Shown here: in pieces, positions 1 to 11,941 of the stretch
Layout of the letters: each line of letters opens with the position of its first letter
How positions within the stretch are numbered: the first letter of the stretch is position 1
DNA from: Selaginella moellendorffii
Taxonomy: Eukaryota > Plantae > Lycopodiophyta
DNA: 64,000 nucleotides
Assembly: GCF_000143415.4 (NCBI RefSeq)
Contig: NW_003314293.1
Coordinates: 1,618,457 to 1,682,456, forward strand
Direction of reading: 5' to 3'
The notes under the pieces: generated by a model
Told to the model about the DNA's origin: nothing
Databases searched by the model: none
What the model saw: the letters and a program-made list of their open reading frames with translations, nothing else
Position numbers and translations under genes: made by a program

Positions 1-323
1 CTTTAGAAGAAAAAAACAAACATATTTTACCTGTTCTCCCAGCTTCGAGAAATTCGCAGAAAGGATCGATGGTGAGACAATCACATCCTTCTTTGAGAAT
101 TTGTCCACCCGTGAGGATGCATTGACTTGTAAGCTGAATCCTCTCCCCTGGCTGAGGAAAATCCATGAAATTTGCCGACTGTATACAGAGACTCATACCT
201 CGTCGATGATTTCGCAGTTGAAATCCGACCGCAATCCTGATTGCGCCCCCAGAACGAGCTCTGCGAGCTCGAAGGAGACGCCACAGCGAGCGCGGCATTG
301 TGCGCCATGAATGTTCCAGCCAT
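1..323 (-). CDS. RPE: Plastid ribulose-phosphate 3-epimerase, 5' part (continues off the window)
   Basis: Exons 323-199 and 151-31 splice to a Ser/Ala-rich transit peptide plus [29 protein letters not shown], the typical N-terminus of plastid RPE. GT donor at 30. Confidence 0.9.
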
Positions 324-395
324 CCACTCACGGAAAACTATAAACCCTAAAATGAATGGACGATAAAGAAGGATTGAAGCTCTGCCGAGCCTTAG

Positions 396-1511
<1,116 letters not shown>

Positions 1512-1670
1512 AAGGTTCCTTCGAGCTTATTGAGAATCACTCAAGTTTTTCAAAGTTTGCGATCTCTATTAGAGCTTTATGGAAGAACTGTTGGAAGTTT
1601 AAGATCGTCTACAAAGTTTTAGTGTAAGAATCTAAAGTGTTAAAGATTGCAAAAACCATTCATATCTATT

Positions 1671-2807
1671 TCATTGAGAACTTATCCAACATTGCGAGTT
1701 CTCAGTCTTAGAAGAGTCTAGAAGAGCTCTCTCCAAGTCGTGGACTCTCCTCTCAAGCTTGGCGATGGTGGCGTTTTGCCACTGGATCCCTTCCAGGCAC
1801 TTGGCCACCATCGCCTTGAGCTGCGCATTGTCCTCCATGAGCTTCTTCACCACGTCCACGTCCATGCTTGTTTGCCCGGAGATTTGATCTTGCTCGACCG
1901 CTTCACTCGACACTGGAACTTCCTGGTTATCAATCTTCTCGGGGCTGTGAAGATCTTCCTCCTCCGAGATCGTGCTCTCCGGCTCGGTGTCCATCGAGTC
2001 CTCGGCATCGCCGTGCTTGACGATGAAGAAATCATCGTCCTGATCGTTCTCCGCGTTTTCGATCTCGATGTCTTGAGCCTCTTCTCCATCACGGTCATCC
2101 TCCGCGTCCTCGATCTGGATGTCCTGAGCTTTGCTTCTGTTCTTCTCGTGCTCTTCTCGATCTTTGTCCTCCATGGGCTTCGAGAATTGCTGGAGCTCCA
2201 CGATCAAGGCCTTCCTCACTTCCTTGACGAAGGGCTGGACAGCGTCGATCTCGTCCAGCTTCAGTAGCAGGAGCGTCACGCGCTCGTTGAGCATCATCCT
2301 CTCCTTGCGATCCTCCAGGATGGCGTTAAACTTGGCAGCATCGGCCACACTCTCCCTGATCACCGCGAAGTCCTTCGCGATCGCCTTGATGTTGCGCAGC
2401 TGCTTGATGGGCTTCCATCGCCTCACAAGAAACCCGCGAAACACCGCCTGGATCTTCCGGGCCGCGCCGTCTTGGGATTGAAACGTGAAGATCTTCTTGG
2501 GAATCTTCTCGGGCTTGGCTGCTGCCGCCGCCGCCGACCTCTTGGGAGAAGGAACCCTAGCTTCCTCGATCGGGACGTCGATCACGGGCTCCTTCCGCGG
2601 AGGAGACTTCCGCGGCGCCGGAGAAGAAGGTTTGCGAGCCTCATACCTTGGATCCCTTTGCTGCTGCTTCTTCGGACCACCGCCTTTGGAGAAATTCTGG
2701 GCGAAATTTGGCGCGTAGAATGAAGAGAATGGATCGAAGGGTCCCTTCGATCGACCGCCAAAGCCGCCCCAGCCACCATCACTGAAGAGATCATCCATAA
2801 ACGCCAT
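1671..2807 (-). CDS. IQ-motif plus BAG-domain co-chaperone (BAG5/BAG6-like)
   Basis: IQ motif AARKIQAVFRGFLVRR, then BAG helices (ERVTLLLLKLDEI...VRKALIVEL), an acidic region and a C-terminal coiled coil. Intronless, ATG at 2807. Confidence 0.85.
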   Translation of the reverse strand: MAFMDDLFSDGGWGGFGGRSKGPFDPFSSFYAPNFAQNFSKGGGPKKQQQRDPRYEARKPSSPAPRKSPPRKEPVIDVPIEEARVPSPKRSAAAAAAKPEKIPKKIFTFQSQDGAARKIQAVFRGFLVRRWKPIKQLRNIKAIAKDFAVIRESVADAAKFNAILEDRKERMMLNERVTLLLLKLDEIDAVQPFVKEVRKALIVELQQFSKPMEDKDREEHEKNRSKAQDIQIEDAEDDRDGEEAQDIEIENAENDQDDDFFIVKHGDAEDSMDTEPESTISEEEDLHSPEKIDNQEVPVSSEAVEQDQISGQTSMDVDVVKKLMEDNAQLKAMVAKCLEGIQWQNATIAKLERRVHDLERALLDSSKTENSQCWISSQ

Positions 2808-2876
2808 TACCGAAGAAAAAGGATTTCTACAGAACCCTAAAGCTACCACGCGGACTTTATCTGCAAATCCTTTTGG

Positions 2877-2890
2877 GAGATTCTAGAACG
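2877..2890. promoter_or_regulatory. Heat-shock-element-like motif upstream of the BAG gene
   Basis: GAGATTCTAGAAC (nTTCnnGAAn core) about 75 bp upstream of the BAG ATG. Confidence 0.45.
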
Positions 2891-3048
2891 CCCCAGATGG
2901 TTTCCAAGCATATTCCCCTTCCAGTCTCACAGCATATTCGCTATTTAAAAATTTGATCTTGGCGGAAAAGCTACTCCAACAACGCACTAGCGCTTGGATA
3001 CAAATTCCTCGCGCCTCCATATCCTCGCTACCATATCCTCGATCGGAT

Positions 3049-3921
3049 ATGGATCAGCTAGTATCAATGTTTGTGGTGCTCGCAGTTCTTTCAGGCAAGT
3101 CTCTAGGATTTCTATCCCTATGACTGATCAATTCCATCGCAGGATCCGTGGCACATGAGACGAAGATCAATATCTACAACGCATGCCAATTCCCAGTGTG
3201 GCCGGCCTGGATCCCCAATGCCGGCGTTGCCCAAATCGCCCCCGGGGGCGCCAAGCTCCAGCCTTACGAGTCCATTCATCTGCTCGCCCCCTGGGGCTGG
3301 TCTGGCCGATTCTGGGGTCGAACGGACTGCTCCTCCTCCATCGCTGCGATCAATTCATGCAACACGGCTAACAACCACACGATGAACACGATGATCGACT
3401 GCGAGACAGGGGACCGCAATGGCGAGCTCGGGTGCTCCTCGCCGGGCCTTCCTCCCGCAACGCTAGTGGAATTCACCCCGCTGCGCGATCCCCACGCGCT
3501 GCTCGACCACTACGATGTCTCGCTCGTCGACGGCTACAATCTCCCGGTCAGAGTCATCCCCTCGTCGAGCAGCTGCAAATCCGCAGGGTGCAGCGCTAGT
3601 GCCGCCGACCTCCTCGCGCGCTGCCCGCCCGAGCTCGCGATCCGGAGGAGCGGCGGCGACGCGGGCGTGATCGCCTGCAAGAGCCCCTGCCTGGCGTTCA
3701 AGGAGGACAGGTACTGCTGTACGGGCGAGTACGGCAGCGCACGGAAGTGCCGCCCCAGTCCGTACTCGCGATGCTTCAAGCGCTCTTGCCCGGACGCCTA
3801 TAGCTACGCGTTTGATTCGCTCGACTCGGGCTTCGCATGCCCGTCCGGGGCCGAGTACACGATCGTGTTTTGTCCCAGGAGCTATGGCCATGGATCCAGC
3901 GAGGGTTCTCGTTCGTGGTGA
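3049..3921 (+). CDS. Thaumatin-like protein (PR-5), secreted
   Basis: Exon 3049-3094 (signal peptide MDQLVSMFVVLAVLSG), GC-AG intron 3095-3142, exon 3143-3921. Motifs NACQFPVWPA, WSGRFWGRT, YDVSLVDGYN, FKRSCPDAYSYAFD. Confidence 0.93.
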
Positions 3922-4090
3922 GAAAACACTGTATAACTTCTCATATATTAATTTACAGCGCATGGAACTTGAATTGTGTGCCTATGAATTGAAGAATGCC
4001 TGGATCGATCGATCGGACCTATGATCTTTTGTTCTTGGTTTTGGAGTTTCACTTTGATGTATGATCTTTTGCTCTTGGGATTCGGGGTTT

Positions 4091-5312
4091 TCACTTGATG
4101 TGGGAGTCGTAGATCGTGTATAAGCTGTCGGTGATGAGCAGTGGCAGCTTGTCAATGTACATGAACAGCCGCTGCAAATTCTCCCGCGACAGTTCCTCCA
4201 TGTCCTGCGAGTCGGAAACATCGGTGAAAACCCACAAGTCCCGCGAATTCACTCGCTTCAAGCTGTCACGGCAAAACGGACAAGATTGAGCTCTCGAATG
4301 CCTGGAACCAAACAAAAAAAAAAAACAAAGAGAACGAGCAAAGTAGAACACCTCTAAAAACCAAACTCTTGGAAACGTACCATTCTCTGTAGCATCGTAT
4401 ACACATTGCGTGATTGCATCCCGGCAGCGCGATTTTGCTGTTGGCCTCCAGGCAAATCCCACACTCTTGCTCCCGCTCCACGTCCAAATCGCTCATCCGC
4501 CCCCGTTCTTCGTCGCCCTTTCTCTTAAACTTCTCCAGGCACGCCGCGCGCTGCTTGATCGCCTCCACTTCCGTGATCCCACCTTGCAACTGCTGCAAAG
4601 AAGGATAAATATACGCTGGAACAAGGCACAAATCTTTCCAAAATCACTTAACGGGCTCTTCACTTCGTCTACAAGCTTACCGTAGAACTCCCGTAGGCTA
4701 GCTTTTCGTTCGTGCGTGGACATGGTGGTTGTGCCATCCACATAAACCTGCGGATCATTTACGAGAAACCAGCCAGTCAGTGTGGATCAAACGCGCCAAA
4801 CTATTAAAGACAGGATAAAATCAAGAAGGAAAAGAAGATCTCCAGCACAGAATGCTTGCTGACCTGAAAGAATTTGCCGGATTCTAACGACAAAAACTTC
4901 CCACAGAAAACAAAAGAGGGGAGGGATTCGAAGTTTACGACGATCTAGAGAGAGAAAACTAAACTGACCTTGTAGATGAGAATTCTTATCAGGCCCAAAG
5001 CTCCGGCGAGGCTACAATCCGTCCAGCGAACGAGAAAGAGGAAGAAATGCGCCGCGGGGCTGTAAGAGAGCCTCATCTGGAGGCAAGCGCCATCGTATCC
5101 TCTTGGAAATTCGGATGCCCTGCCAAAGAATTCATCACAAAGTAAGAATCACGAAGAAAAGCTCTCAAAAACACAAGAACACCAATATGCTATAGAACGA
5201 GCAGAGTTTCCATTGATCACACTCACAATGTGTTGGCGTGTTGGATGTCCGCCTCGAGTGACTTGAGAGACTCCTTGAAAGATTTGCCATGGCGCTTTGT
5301 CACAAGGATCAT
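4091..5312 (-). CDS. C3HC4 RING E3 ubiquitin ligase, AIRP2-like
   Basis: Five exons (~5312-5227, 5119-4969, 4747-4681, 4617-4381, 4301-4091). KSFKESLKSLEADIQHANTL, GACLQMRLSYSP, ECGICLE...LPGCNHAMCIRC, CPFCRDSLKRVNS. Confidence 0.92.
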
Positions 5313-5708
5313 CTCGCAAGTAACCCCTCTCTCTAGTTCTTAATTTTGGATTTTTTCCTCGATTCACTTCACGGAGAATCCCTGCCTCCACTGTGGATTG
5401 GAACCTCTGCCATCCAATCCCTTTCCCTTCTTCCCCGGAGCCCTATCTCTTTGGCAAGTACCGCATTTGGGGTGCATAGCTCTCCCTCCTCTCTCTCCCC
5501 GCTCTAGGAAAGAAATCCAGCAACGAGAAAAGAAGGAAACAATCCCGCAAGAAAATCGGGAATTCCCACAAAAAGCCTACCCCACGGGCGATGCGATTGG
5601 CGATCGACCCCGCCCAGACGCTGCGAAGAACGCAAAGAAGCCGCTCAACCGCAACACGAAACAAAGCGAGCCACAGGGAGCTTTTTCACCGGGGTTACTT
5701 ACCGCACG

Positions 5709-5836
5709 CCACGTGTCAGGGCGGGCGCTGACGTGTCCATGACGCAGCGAACACGTGGCGGATTGCCGGGGCCGTTATGGGGCCCAACCGTGGCACCAAC
5801 GTGTCGCTAGATTTAACAGCTGGAAAAAATACGTGT
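5709..5836. promoter_or_regulatory. ABRE/G-box cluster in the divergent promoter between the RING and UBA/PUB genes
   Basis: Five ACGTG cores: CCACGTGTC 5709, GACGTGTC 5730, ACACGTGGC 5751, AACGTGTC 5798, TACGTGT 5830. Confidence 0.7.
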
Positions 5837-5934
5837 GAGTCATCCTTTATTGACGACCATTTTGATTTGATAAGGGTTTGATATATAAGGGCTTGGTTTT
5901 AGGGTTAGGGTTTGAGAAGGAAGAGGCTAGAGCT

Positions 5935-7164
5935 ATGGCAGGACTTTCTCTTCAGTGTGGAGATTGCGGCGCGGCTCTGCGGACCGTGGAAGAGGCGCAG
6001 GAGCACGCGGAGATCTCAGGCCACGCGAATTTCGTGGAATCGACGCAAGCGGTCCTCAATCTGGTATGCACAGCCTGCGGCAAGCCCTGCCGATCGCAGA
6101 CGGAGGTGGATCTCCACACCAAGCGCACTGGCCATGTCGATTTCGCGGACAAGACGGCCGAGGCGGCCAAGCCCGTGGTCCTGGAGAGCGGCAGCAAGCC
6201 CGAGATGATGGACGTGGATCCGAAAGAGGAGATGCAAGCTCCGGAGGTGAACCAGCAGCTCCTCGAGGAGCTGGAAGCGATGGGATTCCCGCGCGCTCGA
6301 TCCGTCCGGAGCTTGTTCTACAGCAAGGCCGAGAACTTGGAAGGCGCCGTGAATTGGATCGTGGAGCACGAGAACGATCCAGATATCGATGAGGAGCTCT
6401 TGGTTCCGGCGAGCTCGCTAAAGCCGGCTCTCACTCCCGAGGAGGCCAAGGCTAAGGCGCAAGAATTGGTGGAGCGAGCACGGAAGAAGAAAGAGGAGGA
6501 GGAGAAGAAGCTGGAGAGGGAGCGAGAGAAGGAGAGGATCCGCGTCGGGAAGGAGCTCCTCGAGGCCAAGCGCAAGGAGGAGGACAGCGAGAGGAAGCGG
6601 ATCCTCATGTACAGGAAGGCGGAGAAGGAGGAGGAGAAGCGCGCGAGAGACAAGATCCGGCAAAAGATCGAGGAGGATCGAGCGGAGAGGCGGCGGAAGC
6701 TGGGCTTGCCGCCGGAAGAACCCAAGCCGGCTGATCAAGCAGCAGCGCCACTCGCAGCTCCAGCGGCAGCTCGTCCAGCAGATGAAACCAAGCCAGTCCA
6801 GCAGCCAAAGGCAGCGTCCAAGGCCGAGGAGCTCCGGAGCTGCCTGAGATCCATCAAGCAATCTCACAAGGATCAGGACGCGAAGGTGAAGAAGGCGTTC
6901 CAGACGCTCCAGACTTACGTGGGGAACATTGGGCGCGCCCCGCAGGAGGAGAAGTTTCGCAAGATCCGGGTGACCAATCCCACGTTCCAGGAGCGCGTCG
7001 GGGATCTCGGCGGCGTCAAGTTTCTGGAGCTGTGCGGCTTCGAGCTGGACCCGAGCGGCGAGTTTTTGAACCTGGCGGCGCAGAGTGTCGACATTGGGGT
7101 GCTGAGAGCTGCAGACAAGGAGCTCTCATCGGCGACCACCAATCCCTTCTTCGGCGTTCTCTAG
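5935..7164 (+). CDS. C2H2-ZnF / UBA / coiled-coil / PUB domain protein (p97-CDC48 adaptor-like)
   Basis: [12 protein letters not shown]...CTACGKPC...HTKRTGH; [15 protein letters not shown]; [31 protein letters not shown]; ends NPFFGVL. Single exon. Confidence 0.9.
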   Translation: MAGLSLQCGDCGAALRTVEEAQEHAEISGHANFVESTQAVLNLVCTACGKPCRSQTEVDLHTKRTGHVDFADKTAEAAKPVVLESGSKPEMMDVDPKEEMQAPEVNQQLLEELEAMGFPRARSVRSLFYSKAENLEGAVNWIVEHENDPDIDEELLVPASSLKPALTPEEAKAKAQELVERARKKKEEEEKKLEREREKERIRVGKELLEAKRKEEDSERKRILMYRKAEKEEEKRARDKIRQKIEEDRAERRRKLGLPPEEPKPADQAAAPLAAPAAARPADETKPVQQPKAASKAEELRSCLRSIKQSHKDQDAKVKKAFQTLQTYVGNIGRAPQEEKFRKIRVTNPTFQERVGDLGGVKFLELCGFELDPSGEFLNLAAQSVDIGVLRAADKELSSATTNPFFGVL

Positions 7165-7203
7165 ACATTTTCCCCAAGAACCCTAAAAATTTATAAAGTT
7201 AAA

Positions 7204-7274
7204 GTTTCCGAAGAATCCTAAAAGCGATGTTTCCGAAGAACCCTAAAAGTGATGTTTCCGAAGAACCCTAAAAG
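7204..7274 (+). repeat. 25 bp tandem repeat, about 3 copies, containing a telo-box-like AACCCTAA
   Basis: GTTTCCGAAGAACCCTAAAAG(T/C)GAT units starting at 7204, 7229 and 7254. Confidence 0.85.
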
Positions 7275-7541
7275 GTCATTGTCTAAAAATAAGTAGATGA
7301 CGGAATATCCTCACGCGGATATACAAACAGGGACACAAAGGACGAAAGGGCTTTTCTTTGCGTATACAGGATGATGCGGCGGCGGAATCGATCGCAAGTG
7401 GCCAAGATCCCCTGGCTGCCAGATCCGACCCTCTTCGACGATGATGGATCCGGGTTGATTTGACCGTTCGCCTTCCTTCCCCCGCGCTGTCAAAGATTGA
7501 CGCTTCTTGGGGATCGTCTCGTCTCCTCTCGTTTGTTGGCG

Positions 7542-7961
7542 ATGGCGAAGCTGACGCCAGGGATTGTTGCGGTGATTATGGTGTCTGGGAGCGTGATCTA
7601 CATCGCGGCCAACAGGTTCCACCGGCTCAAGCAGCAGAATTTCGAGGATCGGGCGCCCGCCGCAAAGCCCAAGAAGAAGGTCCGCTTCTCCGACTCGGTC
7701 GTGGAGCCCAAGGGCGACAATCGCGAGTTTCGGAGGTCTCGCAAGGGTCGGGGGAGCGTCAATCAGGAGATTTCGGATCAGGGAGGCGAGCCGGCGCCGG
7801 CAACGAGCGCAGCTCCAGAGATTTCGGTGGATCGAGCGCCGCCGCCCGGCGATCACCGGCCAATCTCCAAGAAAGTGGAGGCGCTGCTGGGATCCAATCT
7901 GCCCGCTAACAGGATCGCGCTCTACTCGGACAGGTATCACGATCGCCTCCTCAAGGTCTGA
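7542..7961 (+). CDS. Conserved uncharacterised plant protein with N-terminal membrane anchor
   Basis: Hydrophobic N-terminus GIVAVIMVSGSVIYIA, then KKKVRFSDSVVEPKGDNREFRR and LPANRIALY, motifs I recall from an uncharacterised land-plant family. Confidence 0.7.
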   Translation: MAKLTPGIVAVIMVSGSVIYIAANRFHRLKQQNFEDRAPAAKPKKKVRFSDSVVEPKGDNREFRRSRKGRGSVNQEISDQGGEPAPATSAAPEISVDRAPPPGDHRPISKKVEALLGSNLPANRIALYSDRYHDRLLKV

Positions 7962-8643
7962 CGCGAGCGATTGATTGATTGCCTGGCTCCTCCTCTCCCA
8001 TTCTTTTTTTCGGTTCGATCGATTGTCAATTTTCTCTCTAACTCCCATCCACCGATCGCCACATTCGTTGCGTGACCATTTCTCTTCCGGTTCTGGTTTT
8101 CGTTTTTTTCCTGTTCTACTCTTCATTTCCCCGGCAAAAAGGGGGCTTTCAACATCTGGGGTGTCCTTCGCTTGGCTGCTTCGAAAAAATTTCGTGTGTG
8201 GCGACGACGGCCTCCCTCCACTTGCAGCTCCGAGTGGGCGGCGCAGCGAAGAGCAACAGTCAATCTCGCTGGAATCATTGGCGACGGAAGAAATCCCAGT
8301 AGCCAATGCGAGCGTCTCAAGATAAGAGATCCTTCCGTGGAAAGAGCAAGAACAATTGGTTATAGTGGTCGGTGGTGACCGGTCAGTGGTGATCCAGTGG
8401 TCAGTCTCCACCCAATTATTGACGGACTTCTTTAAGCTTCCATTCTTATCCAACATAAATCTTTGGATCTAAGCTTAGATTGTCTACATTGAAAAAGATT
8501 CCATTCCATGTACCCTAAAATCTCGAGACAAAACAAAGAATTTTTGGAACTATAGTAGTGTCCGTACAGAAATGCAAAAGAGGGGAATGAGAGAATTTAC
8601 AAGCCTGGGGCTCACTCCCAAGATTGCTTGCGTGGAATCCGCC

Positions 8644-9252
<609 letters not shown>

Positions 9253-9294
9253 TCACAAGGCTAGAACCCTAATGTAGCACGAAGTGGGGGAAGG

Positions 9295-10298
9295 ATGCAA
9301 ACTGCGACGGTGTGTAGCAGCCACACGGTAGGGTTTGATCGGCGGCGCTGCGAAGTACTGCGCACGCAATGCAGGCCACGTATCATCCAGAGATTGCCGG
9401 CGCAGAGTAGGAGGAGATTGATTACCGCCGCGGCTGGAAGCTCCGGGCCGAAGGGCGATGGATTCTCAGGTAGAGATTTCCTGGCGGAATTCGATGATCT
9501 GCTCAAGTTTAAGCCGGCTGACAAGGAGCAGCAGCAGGCGTCGACGAGCAGCGCGCTGTCGGATCTTTTCAAGGTGATGGACGAGAAGAAGAAGCCGGAT
9601 GATAGCAGCAAGAGCATGAAGTTTGGGACATTCAAGAGCTTGGATACGGAGGACAAGCAACCCAAGGCTGGTAAGAACTTGCATTGCTTCTTTTTGTTTC
9701 CTTTTTCGTTGCTAGATCGAATTTGTTGGTTTTAACTTCTGGATTGATTGATCGCTGTAGGGAAGGTCAAGAAGGAGCGGATCACAAAGAAGGTATGACA
9801 TTCCTCGTCATTTTCTTCTCTGATTCTTTTTCTCCTGCTTTTGGCAGTTTTTTGGCTCGTCTCCCGGCAAAATGGAAGTGAAGGAAATTGTCGACGCCTT
9901 TAAGCTCCATGAAGCCGATGTTGGATCGTCACAAGTTCAAGGTACGTTTTCCTTCCCATCCCAGCAATTGTTTCTCACTTTTCCCGGGGAAAAACATCCT
10001 TTGTAGTTGCGCTCCTCACCCAGCGGATCAAATACGTCGCAACTCATCTCAAAGACAACAAAAAGGTACGCCACCAAGCTCCCAAGATGTCGATCTCGAT
10101 CTCTTACAAGGAGTTACCAAATCGCAGGACTTTTCATCGCAACGGGGGCTCCGCGCGATGGTCGAGAAGAGGAAGAAGCATCTCCTATACCTGCGAAGAA
10201 CAAACATGGACAGCTACAAGGTGGTGATCGCCAAGCTGGGCCTCAAAGACAACCTCGACAAAGCGAGACTGGCAGCGTCTGGCCGCCGGGGCCGTTAA
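9295..10298 (+). CDS. rps15: Nuclear-encoded organellar ribosomal protein uS15 (bacterial type) with N-terminal extension
   Basis: Exons 9295-9670, 9761-9792, 9848-9941, 10007-10065 and 10128-10298 splice in frame to FKLHEADVGSSQVQVALLTQRI...KDFSSQRGLRAMVEKRKKHLLYLRRT...KLGLK. Confidence 0.9.
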
Positions 10299-10488
10299 AA
10301 AGAAAAGTCCCCTTGTGAACGCCACGTCAGTTGCACACGTCATTCTAATTTTGTCACGTCAGCCCTAAATTTTACACCATTTGCTAGCCACGCCAGCCCT
10401 AGAACTTTCTAGGGTTTTTGGGCTAGGGCTTGGGGGCGGCGCGAAGGTCGAGTATTTGAGAGAGGCCGTAGCGATGGTAGCGTGTTCT

Positions 10489-10572
10489 AGCGCGTGATGA
10501 TAACATAGTTCAGATGAGTCCCACAATGGGCGCTGACTATAAGCACTATGTCTTTCGCTCCTATCTGACGCT
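10489..10572 (+). ncRNA. Box C/D snoRNA, snR60/Z15/U80 family
   Basis: Box C GTGATGA 10494-10500, box D CTGA 10565-10568, terminal stem AGCG/CGCT. Guide CATAGTTCA is antisense to LSU rRNA TGAACTATG. Guide GTCTTTCGCTCCTAT is antisense to LSU ATAGGGGCGAAAGAC with one G-U pair. Confidence 0.88.
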
Positions 10573-10621
10573 TTGATCTTCCTTGGTATTTTCTCGGGTT
10601 TTCCGTGTTGTTCTTGGGTGG

Positions 10622-10765
10622 GCGGCTTCTCTAAGTTAGTCGTAAGGCTTAACTCTGTGCTTTTCGGCTCGTTCCCTTGAAGCCAAATGTCTCTGTCCTG
10701 CATCAAACGCGCTTCCTCCTTCATTGTGAACTGGATGCGCTGTGATTTCGGAGCAGGACACATTG
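10622..10765 (+). ncRNA. Candidate box H/ACA snoRNA
   Basis: Two hairpins (GGCTTC 10624 / GAAGCC 10679; GTCCTGC 10695 / GCAGGAC 10753) with ACA at 10760-10762, between two C/D snoRNAs. The H box is imperfect. Confidence 0.45.
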
Positions 10766-10781
10766 ACACGAAAAGAGGGTG

Positions 10782-10859
10782 TGCTGTGATGACCAAGTTT
10801 TTCGTGTTTGATTTATCGTGGCCATGATCACGACAAAAGAACATCTAAGGGTCTGAGCT
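10782..10859 (+). ncRNA. Box C/D snoRNA targeting 18S rRNA (possibly snoR19-like)
   Basis: Box C GTGATGA 10786-10792, box D CTGA 10853-10856. Guide AGAACATCTAAGGG is antisense to 18S CCCTTAGATGTTCT. Confidence 0.8.
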
Positions 10860-11173
10860 CCCGCCAAAGCCCTCGCTTGTTTGCGATGACTTTTGCGCTT
10901 TGTTTTCTCGCGGTTGTTGGTTTGTTTCTGGCGATCGAGACGGACACGGTAAGGCAGAGAGGTGAGATCTCTTAAATGCTGCATGTTTGACCAAACTCCT
11001 TTAAAGTCGGAAAGTAGACAAGGAACAAGAGAGGACCACGTAGCGGTGTTTGTTTACAGCCCAAAAAAAAACTCATGTCAATCCCCAGGATTTCCATCCA
11101 TGGACTCCCAAGACACCGCGAAGAACTCATCAAACTTCACTTTTGAGTATGTGTATACAAGAGAGAAAAGAAG

Positions 11174-11893
11174 CTAGTTGTGGTTGGCAGTCCTCGGTTG
11201 CGGAGGATTCGGGGGGCCGAGGTGGTACGCCTTTGTAGTGACGACGAATTTCCGGGGCCGAGGGGGTTCCGGGGGGTCGAGCTTGTAACCCTGCGTGCTC
11301 TTTTTCGGAGGTTCTGGCGGCCCCAACGTTAGCGCCTCGCGCCTGGCGGGAGTGGAACAGAAGGCCAGCGCTTGGCTTGGCCGGAACACGAGATCACGCG
11401 GCTGATCGAGTGAGGCGGACGTAGCAAATGCTGCCGCCGGAGTGGCGCAAGAGTCGAGAGCTTTGCTCAAGAACTGGACGGAGCAAGCGTCGAACTGTGG
11501 TGGGATTTGGGCCTGGAATTGCCCCGTCTCGTTGGTGCTCACGACGGTGGAGTGATCTGGATTCCCGCGGCTGCCGACGCATTCGATTTGGATCTCGGCC
11601 TCTGTTTGACAAGTACCATGGATTTAACAGTGAGACCACAACTCTCTCTCTCTCTTTCTTGCTTTATCTTTACCTGAGAAGACTATGCTGTTGCGCGTGA
11701 GCCTCGCTTCCAGGCAACTATCGCAGTAGACTGTGCCAAACAGGATCCTAATTGAAGAAGAAGAGGAAGAGCGGAGAAATCTTCGCGCATCTAGCGATAC
11801 CGCGTGAGATTCCAGCGCCAATACGAGTACCACTGCGAGCAGTAGACCCGAAGGAGAAGAAGATTTCAAAGAAAGGAAGATTGGGACAGCCAT
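11174..11893 (-). CDS. Pollen Ole e 1-domain secreted protein with Pro-rich tail
   Basis: Signal peptide, GTVYCDSC, intron 11673-11602, then AEIQIEC...TNETGQF...CSVQFL...SCATP and PPEPP repeats. Confidence 0.85.
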
Positions 11894-11900
11894 TCAACTC

Positions 11901-11941
11901 ATATATATATATAGGTGTGTGTGTGTGTGTGTGTGTGTGTG
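11901..11941. repeat. (AT)n(GT)n microsatellite at the left breakpoint of the tandem duplication
   Basis: ATATATATATAT AGGTGTGT... seen directly. A shorter (GT)n begins copy B at 20164. Confidence 0.9.

Noticed and set aside
7204-7274. Regular 25 bp repeats as a CRISPR-like array
   Set aside because: No unique spacers, and the context is eukaryotic.
7980-7995. TGCCTGGCTCC resembling the 5' end of miR160
   Set aside because: Only 11 nt match and no hairpin evident.
7311-8456. 381 aa minus-strand ORF
   Set aside because: Antisense shadow of the GC-rich 7542-7961 gene, with no recognisable motifs.
10365-10984. 159 aa and 87 aa minus-strand ORFs
   Set aside because: Region is better explained by plus-strand snoRNAs.
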